This document shows positions 12,691 to 24,500 of a stretch of DNA of 64,000 nt, in pieces. A program made the position numbers and the translations under genes. The stretch is from Balanoglossus misakiensis (lineage: Eukaryota; Animalia; Hemichordata): NCBI GenBank assembly GCA_040954595.2, contig CM082594.2:5069319-5133318 (forward strand), written 5' to 3'. The notes beneath the pieces were generated by a model. That model saw only the letters and a list, made by a program, of their open reading frames with translations. It was not told the DNA's origin and did not search any database. The first letter of the stretch is position 1; every line of letters starts with the position of its first letter.

Positions 12691-15600
12691 GCTGCTGCAT
12701 AGGAGGAAACATTGGCTTGTTCATGGTGGTGCACTGAGTAAAATTTTTCAACATATTCATCCTCGGCATAGGCATATTCCCTGGATTGGTATTATTGTTG
12801 TTCTGTTGTTGCTGTTGTTGTTGGAACTGACAAAACATTGGATTGTTCGGATTCATGGGACCCATGTTAAACGGCATGTTTCCTCCCTGCTGCTGTCTCA
12901 ACTGCTTCTTGGCAGCCGCAGGCACAATAGGGACGAAGTTATCGCAGGGGTTCATGGGGTTATTCACAAACTGACCGGCGAGAGACGTCGGAGACTGGTG
13001 GAGTTGCTGCAGTTGCTGCTGCAGCTGCAGTTGTTGCTGCTGCAACTGTTGCTGCGACCACTGTTGTTGCAGCTGAGGTGGTTGCTGTTGTTGTTGTTGT
13101 TGACCGCCGTGAGCGAGAAACCCCGGAGGGAAATGTTGCATGTTCGACGCGGCCATGTTACGGCCGTCGGCGACCTGAACGTTCCGGTTTGCCGGGTTCA
13201 TCAGCATCGCCACGTTCATGTTCATGGGTTCTCCAGTGTTCGTCGGCATGCCCACGTTGCAAGACACTTGCATAGATTTATTGAAAAACACATTATTATG
13301 CAGTTGCTGCTGCTGTTGCTGCTGCTGTTGTTGGAGTTGTTGTTGTTGTTTCTGCAACATGCTCTGCTGCTGTAACATGAGGTTTACCTGCTGAGGATTC
13401 AACTCGTTGAAATTGCCCTGGAAGGCCATAGCACCGCCCTGAACAGCCGGGTTCATTTGCATGTATTGTACGGGGTAACTACCTTGCACATTGGCAGGCA
13501 TCGTCCTGTTCACTTGCATTCCTGTGGATGCACTGATATGAATAGCACCATCTCGATTCGACAGAGCATTGCCCATCATGTTCGCCGACTTGGGACCCTG
13601 ATTGTCACCGGCGACATTCATTAAGTTCATGCCGCTGCCAATGGTGTGGGCCGGACCGTAAAAATCGCGTCTGGGCGACACGTTCATTTGCTCTCTCAGA
13701 GGTTGTCCTTCGACCATGATCTCGCTGTTAACCAGCTGGCCGGTTTGCGACACTCCGCCTTTGGACAGAATGGGTACAGAGCTCTCGCCGTCCTGTACAA
13801 GCACAGAATCAGAAAGTTTAACATGGTGAGCGAGCTCAGAGGTTACTACTGACCCTGAATCGGCTGTCGTGCAGTTGGTAACAACGTCGGCTTCTTTGTA
13901 AGACTCAATGCTCTTAACCGTGCTCTCCAGACACTCAATCGGAGACTTATCCATCACATTCCCATGCATGAGTTTCTGTCCACCTTTCGTCCCCAGAATG
14001 GCAGTGTTTAATTTCATGAGAGACATTTCGGTCATTTGTCTAGGCGGCACAAAGGAATTTGAACTTACTTTTAGGCAACCGAACATCGCGTTGTGGGGGT
14101 TTCCGCCTTTGGAAATATTGTTCATCTTGGTGGTCCACGTCAGTTTATCCTGGTCGGTGGGTCGGCCAGTGTGCATACTGGTGGATAACGTGGTCTGCGT
14201 GAGCTGTACACTGGTGTTTGTTGGCAACACGTTCGTTAGCGAAACCGAGGAAGAAACACTCTCTCCACTGTTGTTACAAGCCGTGCTGGGAATCTCTATT
14301 CCCATCCCGGAGATCATGGAGGTCCTGGAACTTCCGGTGTCTGTGGGATTCGTGATGAGGGACGTGGTGTTCGCCTGCGAGGACTGACTGGCCATCTGCG
14401 CCTTGGCCGCGGCCGAGAGCAAACTGCTGGCTGGAAACGCGACCGGGTTCTGCTGACTGAAGATCTGCTGGAGGGTGATCCCCGCCATGCCTGCTTTGCC
14501 CTTCGTCTCGTTGGCCTGTTGCACGTAGTTGTTGAGCAGGGACTTGGTCAGGTCGTTCTGCTGCTGAATGAAGGTTTTCATCTTGTCCTCCAGGGCCGCA
14601 GTGTCGCTCTTCGCTTGCGACGACGCTGGGTTCATGGTGGAGAGGATCTGTTCCGTAGTACTTGATATGGGGGCTGATGGAAGAAGTTTGGTGAGCACTG
14701 AGGAAATCAGCGCCTGGCTGCCTTGGCTGGCCGTCGTCGTGGTCACCGACTCGGTCGTCGGCGTGGGACTCGACGTGCCGCAACTCGTCTCCGGTGCAAG
14801 CGTTCCGGTGGCAGGTTTGTTTTCCGGCTGTTGTTGCCTGGTGGCTGGAAGCATCAGGTTGCTCGCCAACGGAATGATGACGGGCACGTTCCCGTCCCCG
14901 CTCCCGGACACGTCGTCCGAAGAGGATTTACTCCGGACATTCCCGATGTTGTTGAACACGTTTGGGTTCGTCTCCCTGGGACTGTGCAGAGGACTCGTAC
15001 TGCTGAGTTCACTAGACGCGGGACTGCGCTGCTTGTTTATTGACAGCCCGGGGCTGGGGAGAGACCTTCCGGGGCTCGGCGTCTGCCTCATGTTTGGCGT
15101 GGAAGGATAGCCGGCACACACTGGACTCTTTCGCATCGGCGACGTCTTCATGAATGGATTTCCGAGGCCCCTCTGCAGCGGATCCATGGAACAGTCCGGG
15201 TTCACATCCGGCATGATGAAGTCAAACGGGTTCCTAATCGGCGATTTCGTCGACGGCGACCGCAGGGGCGAGTGGAGCGGCGACCGCATCGGCGACTTGG
15301 CCGAAGCTGGAGACATGCTCCTCTGGTCAAAGTTCATGGGAGCCATTTTGGGATTCTGCATGTCCAGGCAGCCCGACATGTGCTGCTGTTGCTGCTGCTG
15401 CTGTTGGTGGTGGTGCTGCTTCTGCTGGATCAACTGCAGTTGCTGCTGTATCTGGAATTGCTGCACCTGGATGCTGTGCTGCTGCAGGTGGTGATCGAAC
15501 GGTATGTTTGGTATGGATGGGTGTAAATTGGTTATGGATGGAGGTCTGTCGTTGCCTCGCATGGCTAGCAGTTCGTACACGGACATGTTCGGGTACGGAT

Positions 15601-18036
15601 GATGCAACGCGTTTGGGTTCGATGCCTTCTTCCTTGTGCGCGGTCTTGAGCGAGGTCTCGCAGACGTCTGCCTTGTAGTACCTGAAACAGAACAATGCAG
15701 ATTTAGATTAACCTCAGGATTGAAACAACGGACAATTCAAAGTCACTGACTTTTCACTATTACTTTTGAATACTTAGGTTTCTCTTGACAGTAAAATGTA
15801 TGTCATTTTGTTCACTTAAGCAATGCTCAAGGATCAGTTGTCACAGCAACTTATGATTCATGATTCATCCATTAAACATCGCTGCATTTTCTTAATCAAA
15901 AGACTAGTATTCATTTTAGATGAGCTTCCCAGACTGACTACTTTTGATATCAAATGTTGGGCCAACCTTAACTACATTTATCCAGACTAGCTCTGTACAA
16001 ATATTAACACCCAAACTTCCCCTTTAATACTCCCCAGTCATATTACAATGGGAGCTTAAAAAATAGATCATATCTAAAATAAATTTCTCTCCAAATGTAC
16101 ACACCTGTTTTGATTTTTGGTTGTACTGTCTCCTCAATACGAGCCTTCGTAAACACCCCACTCGGCGGCTCCTCAACACTACTTTGTAGCGTTGCCATGG
16201 CCATGATCTTCCTCTTGTGATTGCATAGATTCGTGAGAGCATCGTCTTTCTTCAGGTCTTCAGTCGTCCTCTGCTTCGAGAGGACGTTGACATCAAAGTT
16301 GAAGATTTTATGCACCACAAGAGGGCACTCCAATCCGCACTTGCAGGTTCCGTCCGCCTGGAGGTAACCCTTGACATTCTCAAGGCATGTCAGAAAGCTC
16401 TGGTTTGGGCTGAAAGCAAAAATAAATGCCATTATTATATCAAATTGTTATACAATCATGCCAAGAGCCACCTTCGCTAGCTAAGGTATGTTTATGAGAT
16501 ATGTAACGCAAGGGAGATTGTACACAGAATGAGATAGCCAAGCCGGATGACAGCCAACAGCAGACGAATACTGAAAGACTGATTTTAGCTCATTTCGCTG
16601 GAAGAGTGAATTTGTCAATTAAAAATGCTGCTTATTTTATACAGAATACCCAATTATAATAGGCACCATGGGTAAGGTTTTAGCCTACTGAAGAACCCAC
16701 TGATTGCTATGAAAATTCAACAAGCAGAAGCACGCAGCTTACTCAAAGAATTTTACAGTACAATGCATACTGTGAATTTGCGACAAGTGACCATATTTTT
16801 AGCAGATTAAATACATTGCTTTTTTGGCATTTCTCGGTAATTACAGACACCCTTTTAACCTCTGCATTACCTCTGAACAAGCAACATACTTCAGGTTGAT
16901 TTGTCTTGAAAAGTAGCAACAGACAGCAGAGGTAGCACTTGGCTCCTACATCATTTATGTCTAATATAAGCCATAATGTCTGCAGCGATGTCAGAAGAGT
17001 ACCGTACAATGAAAGCTAATGAAACAAATGCATTTCACTTTAGTTTAAGTCAGCGTTCATTGGTGAGCTCTAACCTTGCAATGTAACTTACTTTTAGCAG
17101 TGACATTTTCTTTATGTTTGAAGTCACGAAAAGATAGGACTTTTACCATGTGCACCATTATTTTTGGTTAAAAGCTTTTCACGATCATGGACATTCCTAA
17201 CTGTGTAATGTTGTTAAAAATAACTACTGTGTAACACCACATCAATATTATATTCAAAAATGTATTGTAAAACATGTATTAATGTTTAAAATTAACTAAA
17301 ATTATATATCATTGTACAGCTATCCAAGTCAGCTTTATCTCCTATCTTCAATCATAAATACATCATCCCATATTTATAAATTGCTATCCCAGCACTGGCT
17401 TGACCAAGAAAATATTGCTGTTCGGTTGGATATTTATTAAAATTTAACTGCAATGTCAACAGTTTTCTTTGTGTGTTTGACAGCAGCATAAAGACTTCAT
17501 GATTAATTTCATATGGACTGTTTACAGTACATTGGCAGCCAGAACAATTTTAAAAACATTCAAAGAAGTTGTCGTGCAAAAACTGCCAAAAGTATCATTT
17601 CTACTAGGCTAGTGATATTAAATGTTTTGCACTGTATTAAATTTTTGCTTTGTACTTTATTTGGGTTGAAATGTATGGAATTAAATGGTGTTGTATCAGA
17701 TTGTACTGTTCTTTATTATAATGTATTGTATTGTATTGTATTGTATTGTATTGTATTCAACTATTGTATTGTATGATAATTATTATACTGCATAAAAACA
17801 CATCAACCCTAAATGAGTATTTCACATATCCCTGGTAATTCTTACCTTACATAGACGACACTGCCATTTTCCACCAGCCTCTGCCATCCAAACGGTACTT
17901 TGACAAACTCCTTCACAGGCTGCGCCGAATCTTTCTGCTCTTCGTCGTTCTGTTTGCCGGCTTTCTCACACTCCTCATTCTTGTCACCCTCCTTCTTGCA
18001 ATCACCCTCAGGGGGAATCCCCTGGTTGAGATTCAT
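8917..18036 (-). CDS. MBD5: Methyl-CpG-binding domain protein 5/6-like (MBD + PWWP), about 1776 aa
   Basis: Exons 18036-17846, 16409-16105, 15681-11269 (4413 nt), 10897-10725, 10419-10307, 10183-10117, 8985-8917 (total 5331 nt, in frame). N-terminal VPFGWQR...YVSP...[31 protein letters not shown] (MBD5/6-type MBD); [23 protein letters not shown]...VMWFGDH; C-terminal LKTLSEGLE...[21 protein letters not shown]...PKIKRRKLR as in vertebrate MBD5. Confidence 0.94.
10958..11040 (+). mobile_element. piggyBac-like MITE, near-complete copy in MBD5 intron
   Basis: TTAA-CCCTTTAACAACCATGGTTTAGTCCAAACCCATTGTTTTCTATGGTAAGGTTGGACCTCTATAGGGAGAACTGG; same family as 38380-38472; right end degenerate. Confidence 0.8.
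12643..12697 (-). repeat. (CAA/CAG)n coding repeat, 18-Gln tract of MBD5
   Basis: (TGT)n/(TGC)n run on + strand inside the large MBD5 exon; one of several polyQ tracts. Confidence 0.9.
17723..17773. repeat. (TGTAT)n pentanucleotide microsatellite
   Basis: TGTATTGTATTGTATT... run in an MBD5 intron. Confidence 0.9.
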
Positions 18037-18298
18037 GACGATAAAGATTACTTCTGAGAGAAAAAAGTTCCTGTAATCTACGGAGCGGCGCAACAGTTTC
18101 CGGCTCAATTACATCATGTCCTTTGGTTTCCCAATTTGGTTCAACTGCCTAGGTGTCTTCCGAAGCGTCTTTGGCGATCGGAGGGATCATTATCAACAGA
18201 AATGCCGTTAATTCCTAATACGAATCAGCAAAATCTTCAGTAGAGTCGAGATCCATTTACACCATCCTGTCAGGTGTGCAGGTCTTCTGAGATGCACC
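18037..18298 (-). other. MBD5 5'UTR part of first coding exon, containing four uORFs
   Basis: Acceptor TCTTTTTAATTGAAG| at 18299. uORFs at 18265-18257 (MV*), 18256-18215 (MDLDSTEDFADSY*), 18190-18149 (MIPPIAKDASEDT*), 18117-18109 (MM*). Confidence 0.6.
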
Positions 18299-21200
18299 CT
18301 TCAATTAAAAAGAACAGACAAAATACCGGTCATTATAATATGGAGGAAAACATACATTGCGAGTTTCCAGATGTGCACATTAGCAGGACTATAAATAGAC
18401 AATGAGGTACACAGTGCAAGAAATATGAATTCATGCACCTTTGCAAACCTGACCCTCAATGATTTTCCACACAGGCGTGACAGTACCCTAAATTTATTGG
18501 CAACCGAATTTACAAAATGACTCATAGCCAAACACGGTTCTGGCATCCCTGCACCCATCAAGCACAGGACATGCAACGAAATATGCAGCTGTACAACCAT
18601 CATTAGTGATAAGGCCAGAAGAAAATTGGACTTATTTTTAGACGCCGTCAGGCTAATCTACCAACTATTTCAAATTTATCAGAAATATATTCGTAACCAA
18701 TTTTCTGATAATAATGGGTATGGCCCCATGAAAAAACAGCCCTGGGCATGAAAAATAGACTCAGTTCAGCCATGTCTAAGTAATGGTTCAAGACTTCAAA
18801 CATTGCAACAAAATGGCTGCCCAGCCACCATACTGGATTGCATTGCAACCCAAATGGACATGCCTATGTACACTGTAGTACACTGTGCTTGAATGAAATG
18901 GGTCTAAGCACATCTTAGTAATATGACCGGAACAGGCAGGCAGATGGAGATTGCACACATTAGCCTCCCCCAAAAGCAATTAAAAGGAAAATATAAGTGT
19001 AACTGAATACTGGATATTTTTTATTAAAGAAAAATACGCACAACAGATGTAACTTCTATGGTTTTAATTGATCATATAATCACCACAAAATCAACGTGAC
19101 CTTTTCTTATTTGATGTAGTGGTCCGATATGGAAGCATGAATATTATTACTAATAATTGGAAATCAAACTATTTAAGTCTACTTTGTTGAATTGGTCTCT
19201 GATTAACCTTACGAAAAACCCATTATTTAAACAATTTGGAATGAAATTCAATTCTGTCTTTGGCATTTATCAACAGTCAAACAAACCAGTCATTATGAAG
19301 TCAAAGAATATTTTCTCCTCAAACTCAAAGAAACCATCTATAATTTTAAATCGTTGAAGCACAGTAACTACACAACAGAATATGGTTTTTATGAACATTT
19401 AATCATTGCCTGGAGAGAAAAAATTCTAAGATTCATAATCTATCTTATACATAAATTCAGTGTCATCTGGCAGGATCTAGGCAAGCGGCATACATGAAGA
19501 ATTTTGGAATGAGAATTCTAATGTTTAATGGATGTCTGCATTTAGATCATGAAAGTAGTTCTGAGGCTTTATGAGGTAGAACAAATTAATATTGATACAT
19601 AATGTAAAAATATTGCAAATTAGATGACCTTTGACGAGTATATCAGATTTCGCAAATCGAAAAATGGAATGTACATGAACAGAGGGAGATTTGGAACTGG
19701 GCTGTAATTATGGGAGCTGAAGTCTTGGTTATTTATTTTTGTTGATTCGCAACTAAAAAATACATGTCTTATTCAAGATATATTCTCCCTATCTGTGCAC
19801 TTCTGTTTGTTATATTGCAATCTTGCAATTTTAAACTTTTAAGTCTTTTAAATAAATCTGAGGTACGCTCAAGTATTTTGAGGTCATATATCCCCTCTAT
19901 TTTATTCAGTTCTCACATTTACTTGACCAACACAATCAACAAAACATTTGTGTATTCCAACAGAACCCCCTTTCTGCAAATTACTCACCATAAAAATGTC
20001 TGTGTCTCTATATACCGGGTGTGAAGCACAATTTCAAGGCATATTGCTGAATCTCAATGGGTCACACTATCTCTCAAGCATGTAAAAAATAACTAATTCT
20101 TTGGACTTTTAAAAAGTTGCTGTTTTTTGAATCGGTGAGTGACAACATACAGGGAAATTCACCAGTATGGGAACGAAGGTGCTGGTTTCAAAAAATCAAA
20201 GGATAGTCGATTCACTGGGCTGGAATGAATGTGGTGTTGTGTTTATGAGGCGAAGGTACTTCACTCTTCCCCACTCTAACTAAAGTGATCTGTAGAGCTT
20301 ACTGTCACATAGCCTCTCTGTAGGAGATAAATCTGCTGAATTATGGTCCAATGTTGATGATTAATTAACAGCAACTTTTCTGATGCAATATCTGATCTGA
20401 TCATATCAAAGCAGAGCAACATTTTTCATGATTTTCCATTCATCCTATCTTTTTTACAGCCTGCAATTATTTACCACACCTACGTACCACAAGCAAATAT
20501 TTCTATCAATGCTATTTAGGTCAGTATAAACCAGGTGAGTTCACTGAAGCAAAGAATTTAAAACTTCAATCAAATTAAGGCTATATGGTCCATATGGAGA
20601 ATAAAAATTGATTATAAAATTTATTTCGCGTTCGGTTAGACCTGTTGAATGTGATCGTCTCATCTGATATTATTAGTCTCTACAAAATTCAAGAGTTTTA
20701 TAACCTGTGGTGTCTATTCAATTCCAACACATCTGTGCCACTAGGTCATATGAGAGGGTTACAATAATACTATATTTCAAACCATGTAGAGATGTAGATA
20801 TTATATGACAAGGGCCGCGGCACATTACTGTATACACAAGCCTTATCCCCACAATGCATTGCGGCAGGATCCAAAGAACCCAAATTATAGAAGCATATTC
20901 TCAAAACTTCCTAATTTACACATTTGTAAAGGCTCTGCCACATGTGAAGCAATACAATTCTTGCTATCTATATGTAAAGTTAATTGACATATTTGGATAA
21001 GGCTGGTGGTAACTACAGCAAGTGGCAACAGTGGCAACCTTTCTTTTCTCCATATTTTGATAGACGCGAGGCCTTCACCCCGACACCCTTGCAGAGAGAT
21101 CCAACCTTGAAACATCACTGCATACAGCCCACATCCTCACTGAACTAGATACATACCCATACACCAGTCCCAACAAAAAATATTCCTAGCAATTATATAA

Positions 21201-21558
21201 ACATGTTGCGAAAAAGTATAAAATATTCTAGTTTAAGTTGTGTTGTAATGTAAAGTACCAGCATATACACACTACACTCAACTAATTCCTAGTACATGTA
21301 CAGACATAGGCCACACCACTGCCCTTCTGAAAATACCAACAGTATGACAGCATGTCTGTGCTATCCCAATAGGTTTCATTCAAAGCCATTTCTTATGAAA
21401 TACATTAAGTTTATCTCCTCTCGTTTTTAAGAAACCAGATCAATTACAAAGATACTGGATCACACTCCGTATAAAAAAGGAGCTGGGAATAACTGGCTCA
21501 CAACAGGATGCATTGAAACAAAGAAGAATCCAGATATAATAGGATGGCATATCTGTAA

Positions 21559-21616
21559 TACTGTAAAATGGGTTATTTTCGCGAGCAATAAATTTTCGCG
21601 AAATACGCGAGAGCCC
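21559..21616 (+). mobile_element. Fragment (left end) of the TA-flanked MITE family seen at 40734
   Basis: TACTGTAAAATGGGTTATTTTCGCGAGCAATAAATTTTCGCGAAATACGCGAGAGCC shares ATTTTCGCGAAATACGCGAGAGCC and the TACTGTAAAA end with 40734-40935. Confidence 0.75.
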
Positions 21617-23869
21617 AACAAATGTGGGGTGTGCAGTGCCCTCCTAAAAATGATGTCACTCTTATGTACGAGACATGTGAATCCCTTCATATTCTCTGGC
21701 AAAGAGGACAATTCCCCCTTGACGTTCAATAATAAATTCTACAATCACGATATAAACACAACCTAAATGTACCAATAATTCCCTTGTAATTAATTTTATA
21801 CAATTTTTTGGTGGTTGAAATACCTTTTAAATTAATTAGGCATGTCTTGGCAGGATGATGAATACTATATGATCCTGATCTGCTCTCTAAATTAAAGACA
21901 CAACGGGAAATGCAGAAGCCAAAGCCTTCTGCAAATTGAAATGTACAGATGTAGGTTACATCCTGTTTGCTGTACAGTAGAAGACGTACACACCATTGAC
22001 CAAGGCTTTACACTAGGCTTGTCACCAATTACGTTTTTTCAAACTAACTTGGGTGACCTGAATAATTCCTCCAATTTTCACAATTCATATCTATTATGTT
22101 TACAGACAATTTTATGACCACTGCTATAATGCATTTTTGCAACACTATACACTCAGAAATTTGGTAAGGAATTAACATTTCTATTTCACTTGAGATCTCG
22201 TAAGTACTCTTCTTGAAGATGTGGTTCCCACAGCTGATAATCACTTCCTCATATGGACATTCAGATTGAAGTTATCAACTTACTTCCTCTTAGAATCGAA
22301 GAAAATATTCAACTTAATTTAAAGAATATGAAACTTAGCACATAAATTCTATATTTTACTGAGGACATACTGACAGAAAAACAAAATCCATTATCATACA
22401 TATTATAATCATATATGATTTCACTTATGATCTTTACTTTATGGTCGATATCGGATACGTTACCAAGAATTCTGAAAAATTAATAAGGTGTTCTGTGTAA
22501 TACTAATATTTGATTGATAAAACTAACATTTTAATTAATATCAATCACTAAGTTTATTCTGGACCTTTCACTTTTTGGACAATTTGTTACACAAAGTTGT
22601 GTTGACAAGGCAAATGTATTTTGTATTTCAATATGCTTTCAGGAGTACAAGAAATAGTGAGTTGTTTATACACAGGGAACCAATCTCAGATTCTAACAGG
22701 TTGGTGTTAAAAAAATATGACATTTTCAGAATTTACATATATCAAATGTATCTTGTTTCATAACCCTTTTAACAATAATGCTAGTCTTATACATAATTGT
22801 TATCTCAAAACAAAACAAATAATATATGAAAAAAAATCTTATATTAAAAGTGCATTATATTTTTTCACCTTGGTTATATTTGGACTTTTTCTTTATTTTA
22901 AAAAAAAAACAATTAATATTATTGATTAACAGAGCTTCTTTTTTGAAATTCATATATGTTCAAATTTTCATTCAGCAGAATGTTACACAACTTAGAATTT
23001 GCATTTAGGGGTACTTCAGGTCTTTTTGATTTTGTGTTGTTTATATTCCATTTCAATATCTTGGAAGCCTGTATCATTTATATGTAGTGGTTATTTTTGC
23101 ACTGATGATATTACGATAGTATTTTATCTCTACCATTAAAATGGAACCATACGAAAGTGCAGTTCCAGTAAAAAATAGGGGCCATTTTCGCTTAAGCTTA
23201 AATTGTACTGCTACTAGGAAGGGCATTTGCAGTTAGGTGGGTTGATACTATTCAGGCACACAGTACAGGCCGCCTACTCGCAGTAACTGGGTGAGCGATG
23301 TAAACAGTTATTGCAAGTCGAGGCTTTCTGTTGAGAAATATACACAAATCAAAACACTGCTTCGAAGCTCCGCGTAAAAGCGGTAATTATCCCCATATAT
23401 TCAAACCATCAAAATGTGGCATAATGAAACTGTCAGAGTGTGTCCACAAAACCTCGGAAGATAATGAAATAGGGAGCGTGGGGAATTTCTGACAGGCAGA
23501 AAGCGGTTGTGTTCGTGTAGACTACAGCAAACGAAGCAGATACGCTATGTGCACTCTGCTGCATTGCTGCGACTAACACGACGGAAATTCGCAAACCATT
23601 GTGTTTATACCGGCGAAAATGGCGTGTTTCAAAGGCTTAAACCCACCGGAAAACATGTAGAGCAACTACACGTCGCCCCGCAGTAAGCTAACCCTCAAAA
23701 TCTCCGCGAACAAGGCAAAATAAGTAACTACAATATGGCATGGCTGAAGTTGTCTGCCAGGCCCCACGAAAAGACAGAAAACTCCATCATGGACCCGTCC
23801 ACCGTCCCACCTTCCCAACGCTGCGAAAATTGTTAAATATTAAGTTAAACATTCGTATAAATACCTTAC

Positions 23870-24500
23870 GTTCCATTTCTGACCACTGTACCAAAGCTCA
23901 CATCTCCGGAACGCTAAATTCTCTGCAAAAACCTCTCGAATTTCACAAAATTTGAGCTGAAAAATAAAAAATATGCAAATGAAGGGAGTTTACCCACAAT
24001 GCACTTTCTCTGCCTTATGACATCTCGTCTTTTACGAGAGTCGGTGAAATGCGACACATTGCGAGAGGCGTATGTACACATGTTCAGTACTGAAGTTTTG
24101 CTGGCTGTTGTTGACTCAAGAAACAGCTGGGATTGGGAATCGCCTCCGGTAAAACACCCCGATGATCGTTAGTTGTCCACTGGCACGGAAGTAGACGCAC
24201 TTTAACAGCTGGGCAGTACAGTGTGTCAACGACCCCCCCCCCCCCTCCTCTCTTATGTAAATGATACATCCCTGACTAATGCCTGTGCTTCGCACCTTTA
24301 ATTTGTTGTTGTTTATATAATATAACGGGAGACATTTACATGTTAATTGGCGAGTTCTCGGAATCAGTGGTCTCACCTTGAGGGATACAGCCCTGCACTG
24401 CACGCGCTGCCCAGAAACAGCTGTTATTCAACGCAACCAACTCATCACAGCGGGATCTCACCAATCACAGCTATCCTGCAGTGCAGTCTTCTTTGCAACA
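23870..24500. promoter_or_regulatory. Divergent promoter between MBD5 (non-coding exon 1, - strand) and AARSD1 (+ strand), with a ZNF143/Staf site
   Basis: Minus-strand donor GAAC|GTAAGG at 23870/23869 marks a likely first exon; AARSD1 ATG at 24501; CpG-enriched; TACCCACAATGCAC at 23991-24004 is a near-perfect ZNF143 consensus. Confidence 0.65.

Noticed and set aside
12485-13375. 296-aa poly-Leu ORF on + strand and other + ORFs at 11258-15526
   Set aside because: Antisense shadows of the polyQ-rich MBD5 exon (CAG/CAA read as CTG/TTG); no independent gene features.
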